This document shows, in pieces, positions 14,000-24,516 of a stretch of 64,000 nucleotides of DNA (within the stretch, counting starts at the first letter, position 1; each line of letters starts with the position of its first letter). Source of the stretch: Pocillopora damicornis (taxonomy: Eukaryota). The translations under genes and the position numbers were made by a program. The stretch covers positions 372,001-436,000 of the forward strand of contig NW_020846492.1 in NCBI RefSeq assembly GCF_003704095.1, read 5' to 3'. The notes under the pieces were generated by a model that made no database searches, was not told where the DNA came from, and saw only the letters and a program-made list of their open reading frames with translations.

Positions 14000-16680
14000 C
14001 TGCGAAGAAGGTGAAGACAATCAAAGAGAAAACTAAAGCTATTCTAGAGAGTGATACCAATTCAAACTTCATTGTGGATATCCTGGAATTATCAGAAACC
14101 CAAGACGAGAAAGTTTTGGTGGGATTCATAAGGTCAGCGCACAAAATTTTCACAACTTTTTCATCGCGGGGAAAGCTGTTTCGATCGTCGAAACAAACGC
14201 GTTCCCTTGAAGAAGAAGGGAGTCCAGATCCTCAAGATGTTTTCAGATCCTGGCTACACGATAAATATTTGTTGAACTTGACTCGGCTTCTACATTTGCT
14301 TCGTGTCGGATCACAAAACGTAAAGGAGTTTGCTCTTTGTACCTTGATGAAGTTTCTCGTGGAGGAGGCAAAACACGACAGGAACTCGAAATCTACCGAT
14401 CGTTTTCCTACAGTTCTATTTAAGAAAACTTGCGATGCGTTGTTTGATGGCAGGTACAGTATGAAGAACTGTATCGAAAGGTTTGCTGAGTACTTAGAAT
14501 ATGATGATGTCAGGTTTTACGTGCTCAAAAATCTGACAAAAGTCCTCGGAGACGCTTTAAATAGCGAAGAAAGCCAACGTCGGTTTCTTGTAGAAAATGC
14601 ATTCGCAATGCTAAGCCAGGTGAAAATGAAGAAGCAAAACGAGGATATAACGAATCTTTTGATAGAAGTAAAGCAACGAAAAAATGAAAATAGTGAGAGG
14701 AATGAGTACAGCTTTCTAGAGTTGAAGAATCATCAAAAAGCCTTTAGTTCTGCCTGGCTTGCACTACTGAGGCTTCCATTGTCATCTGAAGTTCATAAGA
14801 AGGTTTTACTCAACTTACATACAGATGTGTTACCACACATGACAGATCCAAAACTGCTTATGGATTTTCTCACTGACTCTTACAACACTGGTGGTGTAAC
14901 AAGCCTTTTGGCACTCAACAGCCTTTTTGTACTTATCCACCAGTATAACCTGGACTATCCTGACTTTTTTAAGAAGCTTTATGCATTGTTTGAACCAAAC
15001 ATTTTTTATTTGAAGTACCAAGCAAGGTTCTTCCACTTGGCAGATTTGTTCCTGATGTCCACCCATCTTCCAGCATACCTGGTGGCAGCCTTTGTCAAAA
15101 GATTGTCACGCCTTGCTTTATCTGCTCCCCCATCTGGCGCAATGTTGGCCATACCTTTCGTCTGCAATCTCATGAAACGACATCCAAGTGTTGCAGTTCT
15201 TATCCATCGCAAACAAGTAAGTTAGAATAATAACATATTTTAATTGATTATTATAAAATGAGGACCAAAGTAATCACAAAGAATATTAACAACACAATAA
15301 GAAGAGGGGCTAATGCTTAAAACATCACCTTTGAAAACTTACATTATCAACCCGGATAATAAAACAAAATTATCATGTAATACCTCCCAGAAAGGAGACG
15401 TGGTGGCCTCATGGTTAGTGCGCTCGACTCTGGATCGGGTGGTCTGGGTTTGAGCCCTGGCTGGGGTCATTGTGTTGTGTTCTAAGGCAAGACACTTTAC
15501 TCTCACAGTGCTTCTCTTCACCCAGGTGTACAAATGGGTACCAGCAAATGTGCTGGGGGTAACCCTGTGATGGACTAGCATCCCATCCAGGGGGGAGGAG
15601 CAATACTCCTAGCCAGTTCATGCTAAGAAAACCGGAGTTAAGCACTGGCCCTGTGGGCCCACATAAAGGCTTTACTTACAGACCAGTTGCCGCATGAAAT
15701 GAAGCAAGCTGAAGCAATCCTAGATAACTCTCTATACAAAGATAATGACTTTCTGACGAAAGGCTAACACTTGAAATGTTCGCTTTAGAAACTCTCTACG
15801 TTGGCTAATTTATATTATCAACTCAGTTTCTTAAACCAAATTATCTTGTGATATACCCACTAACCCAGCACTTCAGTTTCTTTAGAAACTTAACTCCATA
15901 ACTATTCAGGTGCAATTTTCATTCAGGAAATGCAGATACGAAGAATCTAAAATAAACCTACTCATCTGTCCTAAGTAAACGAAATGAAGATCCAGGGATA
16001 TGGATAATTTAACTGATTTTTTTCCTGATCAGAGGTGGTTGGCAAATCTAGGGTTGTAGTCTGAACTAGGCACATTCATCCACAGAACCTTTCTTCATCC
16101 AGAAGTATTAGTGGGAACCTATAATATGTTGGAGAGGCTTGAAGAAATGTGGTGGAGTAATCCAGAATTGACTGCATGTATAGAATCAGATTGAGATAGT
16201 GAAATATTTTAAACTGTTTTACGCTTTCAAAATCAGTATAAGTGCAGGCTGTAGTTGACACCACCCTGAGAGACATAAACTTTGCTGTGTGGTGAGATTT
16301 AATCTGTGTTTGTTTGCTTCTAGGCGGGAAAACTGTTGCTTGATCATGGCACAGAAGAGAACATTGCAGATCTCAGCAAAGGTGATCCATTCATTGCCGA
16401 TGAACCTGACCCTGCTAAATGCAATGCCATGAAGAGTTCCTTGTGGGAACTAAAATCTTTGCAGAGTCACTTCTATCCTTTTGTGGCATCCCTTGTGGAA
16501 ATTCTAGAGAAGCCTCTCAACACTGGTGAAACCGACATCTCAAAGTACTTTGATGATGGTTATAACCAACTGTTTCAGAGAGAGTGTATTAAGATTACAG
16601 ATCAGAATGCACATTTGGAGTTCCAAGTTCCCAAGAGTCTTATCAGTAAGGATATGGCAGAGAGATGGGTCTTGGAATAG
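14000..16680 (+). CDS. NOC4L: Nucleolar complex protein 4 homolog (CBF/Mak21 family); start codon lies in the N gap 13794-13999
   Basis: Exon to 15216 (CAA|gtaagt, phase 0) joins 16324-16680 (ctag|GCG) in frame. Diagnostic segments: EYLEYDDVRFY, LMDFLTDSYNTGGVTSLLALNSLFVLIHQYNLDYPDFFKKLYALF, FLMSTHLPAYLVAAFVKRLSRLAL, DPFIADEPDPAKCNAMKSSLWELKSLQSHF. Confidence 0.95.
15394..15680 (+). mobile_element. tRNA-derived SINE in the NOC4L intron
   Basis: A-box-like TGGCCTCATGG and B-box-like GGTTTGAGCCC, followed by a SINE-type body (ggcaagacactttactctcacagtg ... tggactagcatcccatccaggggg). Confidence 0.8.
15750..15908 (+). mobile_element. Family B repeat, CpG-decayed
   Basis: ctgacgaaaggctaacacttgaaatgtt ... 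cagtttctttagaaactta. Confidence 0.65.
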
Positions 16681-17438
16681 ATTTTCAATCTGTAAGAATT
16701 TCAATGGTGAAGCATCCAACATCCACTTTTGTCGCTCAGTGGGTACTCTTACGTTCATGTAATTACAATAATTAAAAAAAAAATAAGAAATTCGTTGAAA
16801 AATTGTTAAATTAGGTATTCAAATTCCTACTTTTTTCTTTTATCCTCTTTCAAGGTTTCTGACACAAAATTCTCGTAACTTATTTACAAGGAAATGTGTA
16901 GCAGCCACAGGGGAAGATTAACAATCAGATTTTGAGAGTCGAGGGTTTAACAATACAAAGTTTTTCATGCTCTTGCATCTAATTATTATTCAGTTCAAAT
17001 ACTCCGACTTCATGTCATTTACTGAAACAAAATTGAATGAAGCGTTTCCAAACGTTAATTGTAGTGCGGACCTCCTATTGGTTGACATAGTTCCCTACGT
17101 CAATAATTCAACCTCGAAAATACAATAATATAGTTTATTTAATGAAACCTGGCCAACTTGAACTGGAAGTTTATTAAGAAAAAGAAAAGCGTTCTTCTCA
17201 GTCTGTTCTTTCACAGCTGCGATCAAAATGCTTTTTCCCGGAGGAAACATGTCAGACGTTTAGGTTGAAGTTAATTTGTAGAGGGCCAGAGACTGAATGA
17301 GACTCAGAGATATTTCCCTTACCGCGGCAGAAAAGATGAAGCGCTTGGAAAACGCGAGAAGGCGAAACTTGTACAGAGTCTTTAAGGATTAAATTTAAGG
17401 ATTCCACTCAATCAAGTCTATTTGACGAGAAATCAGGC

Positions 17439-17750
17439 ATGGGAACATCATATAGCACATGGAGACTTCACAAAAAGACGTCAAGACCGCGAAAATTGAG
17501 CGACATGGCGATCAGAGGATCTGTCAAACGTGGCGGAATGAAAAAAAGTAAAAGTGAGGGTAACTTAGTGGACGATATATCTACCCACAAAGTACACACC
17601 AATCCGTTATATCGCCATCAAGATTTGTTCGATAATGACATGTTTTTCGAGGAGATCTTGGCAAAGATAGAGCGAGAAGCGGCCAGGTTATCAAGTTCCG
17701 ATAGAAACGGTGAAAGCCTAAGAGGCTTTGACTCATTTATGATGTATTAG
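17439..17750 (+). CDS. Small intronless orphan protein (103 aa) with MGxxxS N-terminus, polybasic tract and NPxY motif
   Basis: True ATG in good context (ggcATGG), coding-like composition. Sequence includes MGTSYS, RLHKKTSRPRK, KKSKSEGNL and TNPLY. ATTGG and ACGTCA elements lie upstream near 17075-17102. No family recognised. Confidence 0.5.
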   Translation: MGTSYSTWRLHKKTSRPRKLSDMAIRGSVKRGGMKKSKSEGNLVDDISTHKVHTNPLYRHQDLFDNDMFFEEILAKIEREAARLSSSDRNGESLRGFDSFMMY

Positions 17751-20700
17751 ACTAAGATCATATCATTGCAAAGAATAGTCGCTGCAAAATCGCAGCAAAG
17801 ACACAAAATACGCGTCAGGTCTATGACTTGTGTTAAGATCACCCGTGGAAAAGTAGCGATGTATTTACAACACAACTGAGATATCTTTTCATTAGGCGTC
17901 CATTCAGAGATCTTAATTGCTGTAACTTATGTTAGGACACCCTTATGAGTACTGCTTAAACCTTTGCTGCAAAGAGACTTTATATGAAAGAAACTTTTAG
18001 CGGTGGAATTCAAGGCTAGTAAGCAAGAGAATGGAGTTTGTTTGCGCTATAGAGTCGCCAAGGCTGCAAAAAGACGTGTTTGTCAGTAAATTATTCGCCA
18101 AACAATTAACTTGAACTCGTAACATCTTTTTAAGATAGTGGCGTCGGTTAGAACATGCAATTGTTATATATAAAGGCGTCAAGCCCACAAATAAGGGAGA
18201 TCATTGATATATCTGAGAAAATATATGATATTTAAAGAGATAAGGATACGGCTTTGGTTACACGACTTTATTAATACCACCTGTCGATTAATTATTTATG
18301 TTCGTATTATTTCCTACGTAAGTAACCTTACAAGGCTTGGTGTCTTACCCTGAGGCGTCTTTGTAATCAAGCTAAGTTTGTCAAACTTTGTGTTTGTTTT
18401 TTTCGCATATTTTCTTTTTGCGGGCGTCATTATAAATATTAATGCGTTTGACGTTGTTCTGTTCCATGGAAATAATCTTGGCGTCTACGAAACACTCCTC
18501 TCCAGTATTTCTCTCCTTCAATTCTACTTTAATATCATGAAAAGGCGAAGCTCAATTGCCCTGGAGAGTTTCTGTAATCTCTATACAAACCATTTGCGTC
18601 AAGAATGAAACAGCTTGCCTCCTCTCAGACAGGCGTCTGTGACAATTTCTATGACAGACGAAAAAAGATTAGAATTTTCCGTTACACATTTTCGCCAACT
18701 ATGGTCATATCTATTTTTGTGAGTCTTTCCGCAGGGCACACCTCAATGTTTACTTTGTTTAAATTATGTATGGCAATGAAGGTCTGATCAATTAGGCAAA
18801 TTTTGTACTNNNNNNNNNNNNNNNNNNNNNNNNNNNNNNNNNNNNNNNNNNNNNNNNNNNNNNNNNNNNNNNNNNNNNNNNNNNNNNNNNNNNNNNNNNN
18901 NNNNNNNNNTTCAAGAAAGCCAACTTGGTAATCTTTCGCTGAGTATTCAACTAATTTTGTTGTACCAAATAAATGTGTTGAAAGCAAGGGAATTTCTTGA
19001 CTGAAAGTCATGTTTCAAATAGATCTCAAACTTATTTCATTATACTGGCGGCAACGTCAAAAAAACTTTGAGGTCGCGCTACCTCGTTTGAGCTCTTGAC
19101 AAATTCAACCGATTTTTTTTCCAAATTTTTCTTTCTTATATATCTAATAATCCCTGAATTTTACAAGAGTTCAACCAATCACTCAATCGATAAAATCATT
19201 CTTATATACATCTTGCGTGACCCCTTTGTTTATTTGTTTACTTACTTATTATCTATTATGCCGCTTGCGCAATTGCGACATTCGGTGACTGAAACATAGA
19301 GTCTGCGCGATAACTAGCGTCTACACATGACTTCTAACCATGACAAGGATACACAAGTAAGGCTCATCGCGAATTCTCAGAAGCCAGCCTCACCGTCCAT
19401 TAGCTCTTCCTTGAGGTAAGAAACGTTCTGCTTGTATTTCCGACGTTAAATTACGAAAAGATACACTAAGAGGTGAAGGCATTAGTTCCAACTATCGTTT
19501 TAACTGCGCCGCTAAGTTTATCGACTTCATTATCCGTGATGGCTTGACTACATCATTATATAAATACCGCCGTTGTCGCCTCACTCGGGGATAAAATCGT
19601 TATTGATATGTTTGTTAAGGGCTTTATGACAATGCTTACAGCGAGCTGGATAGAAAACGGGCGTTTCTTGGGAAATTAGATGCCGAAATTTCCTTTCGCC
19701 TGAGGACTATATGATAAATACTCACATAATTTTGTGACTTGATCAGGTTCGATGGTAGCGTCTAATTAATTCACATATCATGTTATCATAACATTTCGCC
19801 ACCTGCACTCAAACATAAAAGACTGTCAGTATTATTTATAGCGCATTATACCCTGGAAGATAGCGTTTCTTTCTTTGGAAATCCTTTCGTAATTATAATC
19901 ATATACAAGTACAAAGGATTCTGCAGAAAACAATAATTCACTTTCTCTGCTGGACAAAAAGGCAAACAATAACTTAACTATGTAGGCAGAAATGTGTGGC
20001 AGTTCTAAGTCTTGTTAAATATCGTTCGCGCTTAGCAAATTCTTGTCTTTTTTGTAAAGACTTATCTGTGAGGTCGACAGCATTTCACAAGATTTTGAAT
20101 ATCTTCATTTTTAAGGAGTGAAGAGAACTTGTTTGTGCATTGTCATCTTAGTCTTTTTCAAGTAGCACTGTTGTGCGGAGGTCACAACTTGTTTAACCGG
20201 AAACATCAAATTCGTTAAGTCCAAAACCCTGCAAGCGTTAGTTCTTTCTCGTAAAAATACAGTCCGTCAGGTAGGATTACATTTGCACAAAAATAGACTG
20301 GCTTGTTGACGGGTGCTTTCCCGACTTCGTCAATTTTACATGCAACACTTGTCATGTTTGTTTGCGTTGGAAAGTAAAATTCAAATTAATGTTGAGTAAT
20401 CGTACTGGAGAGTCTCAAATCCACCCATACCTTTCCACGATCAAGCTTCATAAAAAGCCATATTAAAAGTTTTCCTATGCATGACTCATTTTAAGACCGA
20501 GAACGGGAAATAATGGAGCTTTCTGAAGCATCGAAAGGGTACTGAGACCTGTTCAGGGCACATTTAGATGACTGTAACATGAAATAACTAACAGATAACA
20601 AGTAACCGGTAAATCACATGGAAACAGTCCCTTTCTGCAGATATAACCCTGAAAAACTAGTGAAATCATCCTTGATCGCCATGTTTGCGATGAAACGCAA

Positions 20701-21405
20701 GATAAGCCATCAATACGTGACGTGTTCGCCAACAACTGTGACCTTGACGCCAACTTTGGCTTCTGAAATGCCGATTTTTTAAATGAGAATCTGGGATTAT
20801 AGTTAATTTGTCTCCTGTTATATACGCTCCCGACCCGAAAGCTCTAATCCTCTTATTAACTTCGAGGTAGTTACAAATGAGTTCGTTATCTTAAATTTAA
20901 TCGGATCCTTGGCGGGTCAAACATAAACGCTTTATAGGCGAGGGTTTAATACAACTAAACCCTTCCACTCCCACGAGTGACCAATAATGAACTTCTCCTC
21001 ACAATATCAAAACATTTTCGAGCAGAAAGGTAATGAGAAGAAATCGATCATCAAGTGAGATATTATTTGAATAAACTTCAAAATTTTAGAGAGAAAATTA
21101 GATGAAATGTATTATCAATCATGACCGAGCGGATAATTGATACTTAGATTTGCAAGTGAAAGGATTAACCAGGACTTGTGAACTGCATATTATAAGCCGA
21201 GATTTCTATCATGTGATGGATTTATGATAGTCAATTAGTAAGGGAAGACCGAAGCAACTTTCACGCGTAAAAATCGATGGCGAATCTTACTTTGTTAGTG
21301 TAAAAGCACTGATCTTCTTAAACTGAACAACAAGATCAGCCCGTGTTTTCACTTTTTTTTTTTAGAATTACACACTTATTAGGCTCCTAGCTCGACTATC
21401 TGTCA

Positions 21406-21616
21406 TTAACCCTTTAACTCCCATGACTGACCAAGACAGAATTTCTCCTTACAATATCAATACAATATCGAGCAGACAAGTGATGAGAATAAAGAAGTAT
21501 ATCAATTTGGGGATAATCAGTTGATCCAATACTAAATTCTCTGAACTAACATTATAAGAATTGTATGGTTGTCAGTAAGGAGAATTACAAATTTGATCTG
21601 GGAGTTTAAGAGTTAA
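21406..21616. mobile_element. Family A MITE
   Basis: ttaaccctttaactccc ... gggagtttaagagttaa. An older copy lies at ~20957-21169. Confidence 0.85.
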
Positions 21617-22412
21617 AAGATAAGCTGAGCTTATACACGCATTTTGATTGGTTCCTACTTATGATTTATTTGAGGACAGACGTATAGATGACATCACCAT
21701 GACAACAACATTTTGCTTTTCTATCGCACAAAATAAATAGTACGAGTAGCCTAGTCAATCAGCTCGCTGCGTTAGTGATAGGGCGCTGGTTTATTCATTC
21801 TAGAACTAAATAGATGGCGGAATTTTGAATTTAACCCCTTGAACCAGTTGTGGTTTCCGATGGCCACAAAGAATCTTCCGGGCCATTTTTTTTCTCCTCT
21901 TCAAATTATTCAAAAGACATTCTAGAAACGAATAAAGGCGGTAAGTTTCTAGAGAAACTGTTGTGTTGCGTCGGTGGAAGAGTATAACAGGGTAATTTAG
22001 TGTTATCAACAGAGTTGAAAACGTAAATTGGCCACCGTAGAAAAGGCTAACGCTCGAAACGTCAGCCTTCAAACTCTTAACGGTGGCCAATTGACGTTTT
22101 CAACTCAGTTGATAACAGTAAATTACCCAGTTACATTCTAGAAACGTTCAGTAATAGACCACAGATGACGTCAAAATATGGTAAGAACAAAAAAGTGGGA
22201 CACAGGGAGCAGCCAAGTGTGTCACTGATGTTCTCAGGTACCACATTTTGATGTCATCTTTGATCTATTACTGTACAGACCCACAGCAACATGGAATTTA
22301 TTTGTTCCGTATGATAAAAAAGCAAAATGTGCGAAGATATCTATGCTTCTGTCCTCCAATAGATCATCATGGTATAAGAACGAATTAAAATGCGTTTATA
22401 ATAGAGTAGCCT
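21617..22412. mobile_element. Long-TIR non-autonomous element (family F) with a nested family B insertion
   Basis: Left arm acgcattttgattggttc..gaggacagacgtatagat is inverted relative to right arm atctatgcttctgtcctc..attaaaatgcgt. An end fragment recurs at ~60865-60945. Confidence 0.6.
21931..22132. mobile_element. Family B Penelope-type palindromic fragment with 14-bp target-site duplication
   Basis: acattctagaaacg at 21917-21930 and 22133-22146; inverted arms surround ggctaacgctcgaaacgtcagc. Confidence 0.75.
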
Positions 22413-22721
22413 GGTATTACAACAGAGAAAAAGATTACACCCCAGTAAAGTTGGAACTTAGTTAAGACTGACAAATTAGTTTCCTCGAGCGCTAATTGGT
22501 CATCAACAATGAGGAAGTTTATAAAAAAGGTAAACCCAGAAAGGATAATACAGGAGACAAACTCGAACTGGTGTTGTCATTGCATGATGGCAAATTTCTC
22601 CAGTGAAATCATAGAAGTACAGAATCTTTAATAAGTGGTTGCTAGTTTACATTCGCTTTGTGGAACCGAGAAGAATCAAAATGATTCTATACATTCGCGG
22701 GTCAAAACTGTAGAGTATACG

Positions 22722-22897
22722 AGGGTAATTTAATACCATCAACTGATTTGATAACGTCGTTAATCGGCCACCGTAAAGAGTTTCAAAGCTTTGAAGCTCT
22801 TTACGGTGGCCAATTTACGTTATAAACTCAGCTGTTATACTCTCCCACCGACGCAGCACTACTGTTTCTTTAGAAACTCATCCCCTTTATTCATTTC
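22722..22897 (+). mobile_element. Family B Penelope-type fragment with inverted 5' arm
   Basis: ggccaccgtaaagag..aaagcttt..ctctttacggtggcc palindrome, shared 3' tail cccaccgacgcagcac..gtttctttagaaact, imperfect flanking repeat agagtatacg/agagtgtatg. Confidence 0.7.
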
Positions 22898-24516
22898 AGA
22901 GTGTATGGCCAATGTTGGAATGTAGTTGTTTAGTTGATTTATCAGTTGGCGTAAAATTGATGTACTTTGATCGATAATCATTATCTGTATTTTCTTGAAT
23001 GTAAACCGTTTTCTACCAGTTTAACTTTCCGAATTATAATTAGCATAAATGTACCGCCGGGTATTTTCAATGAGCTCCTTTTTTAAATTGACCGATATTA
23101 TTAAAATACTACTTGGAAATGAAAGACTACGTCGGTCTTTATACAAGGTTCATTCTTAAAATTGACCTAAAAGGGCTCAATGGCTCCCCCTCTTCAAATT
23201 TAATGGGGCCTATTTTTAAGAAAGGGGCTCAGAGAGGGCCTTCGGAAAGGTGTTCGAGCTGTGAACGTTAATATATTTTGTGTTCGAGCTTATTTGTACA
23301 GTGTAGTCACTGAGAAAACGAGGAAGAGAAAAGAAATTGAAACAGTGAGAGACTATAAAGTTCAAAGTGAGTTTTAAAGCGCAACTGTCATATCAATTTT
23401 GTTTTCAGTTATGTTTTTGAATACTTTATTTAGAAAATAGTACTAAGAACGGGCATAAGCAAAATGTATTGCACCGCGTTGACGCTTAGATGTACACTTA
23501 AGAGCGGCTTTTTTTTTCCGAAGTGTCGAAATCCCGTTAAAGCGCCCACTTAATACAAATTTAGCACAGATTTAAACGGTATCAGCATGAATCCTTCATC
23601 AGCACGAAACATTTTGATTTCATCACTTCTCGGCTTGAAGTAAATCTTTAATTGTTAAGGGCACCCTTAAATTAAAAATAGATTCAATTGTCGCTTTTAA
23701 ATTCATTGAAATCAATGTAAACGAGTATTAAAATTTGACTCTTTAAGGAACAGATAATTTTCCTTTTTGACGAGCGTTGGAATTGTTTTTCAACGATAAT
23801 AGAAGCGGCAAGTCGAGAAAAGCCTCGTTGAAAGAAGAGATCAAAAATCTCCTTCTTGAGATTATCATGAGTTTAACTTTATCTAAGCGTAACCGTTTTA
23901 AATTTAAAGAGAACAGAATGGTTATTTCGAGAATTTTCAAGTTCAGGAGAAGAATGTAAGCGTCATAGTTTACGAGGGTGAAGTTTCTTTCTATTCCAAG
24001 TAGGTCAGAGAAACTGGGACAGGAATGTCATAACACGGGGAGAAATCGGAGACGAGAGCCTTAAAATTTGAGAGAACTTGTGTACGACACGCAATGTTAA
24101 AGACAATTTACCACCCCTTATGTGATTGTGAAGGCGGTGAACAAACATTATTTTTAGCCAATGAAATCAGTTTCCGCATCAAACCATCGCTTCCATTGAA
24201 ATGGATATAATTAGAGTTTGCGGAAAGAAAGATTGTGGTATAGTTTATATTCTGTTCTCTGCACGCATAAATTAGCTGGGCTTTGCATATGATTTGTAAG
24301 CGATGTGTCACCGACATACGACGGTCTTCCATGTAAACACATATTATTCAGCAAAGTTTGCACAAATTGTATGGCTGGCTGGTACACTGCTGCGATTAAT
24401 GATCGTAAAATGAGATCGTTTTGACGACTACGAACTCGGTTTTTAATTAATAGCAACGTTTATACTCGGTGGTAAGCTTCTCACTCAAAGAATTCTGTGT
24501 ATGTATCATAAGTATT

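Noticed and set aside
15339-15645. Minus-strand ORFs in the NOC4L intron, and a possible tRNA gene
   Set aside because: They are translations of a SINE; the tRNA-like head has a mutated B box and continues into the SINE body.
21806-22090. 94-aa minus ORF and similar ORFs at 62579-63006
   Set aside because: They are translations of family B repeats.
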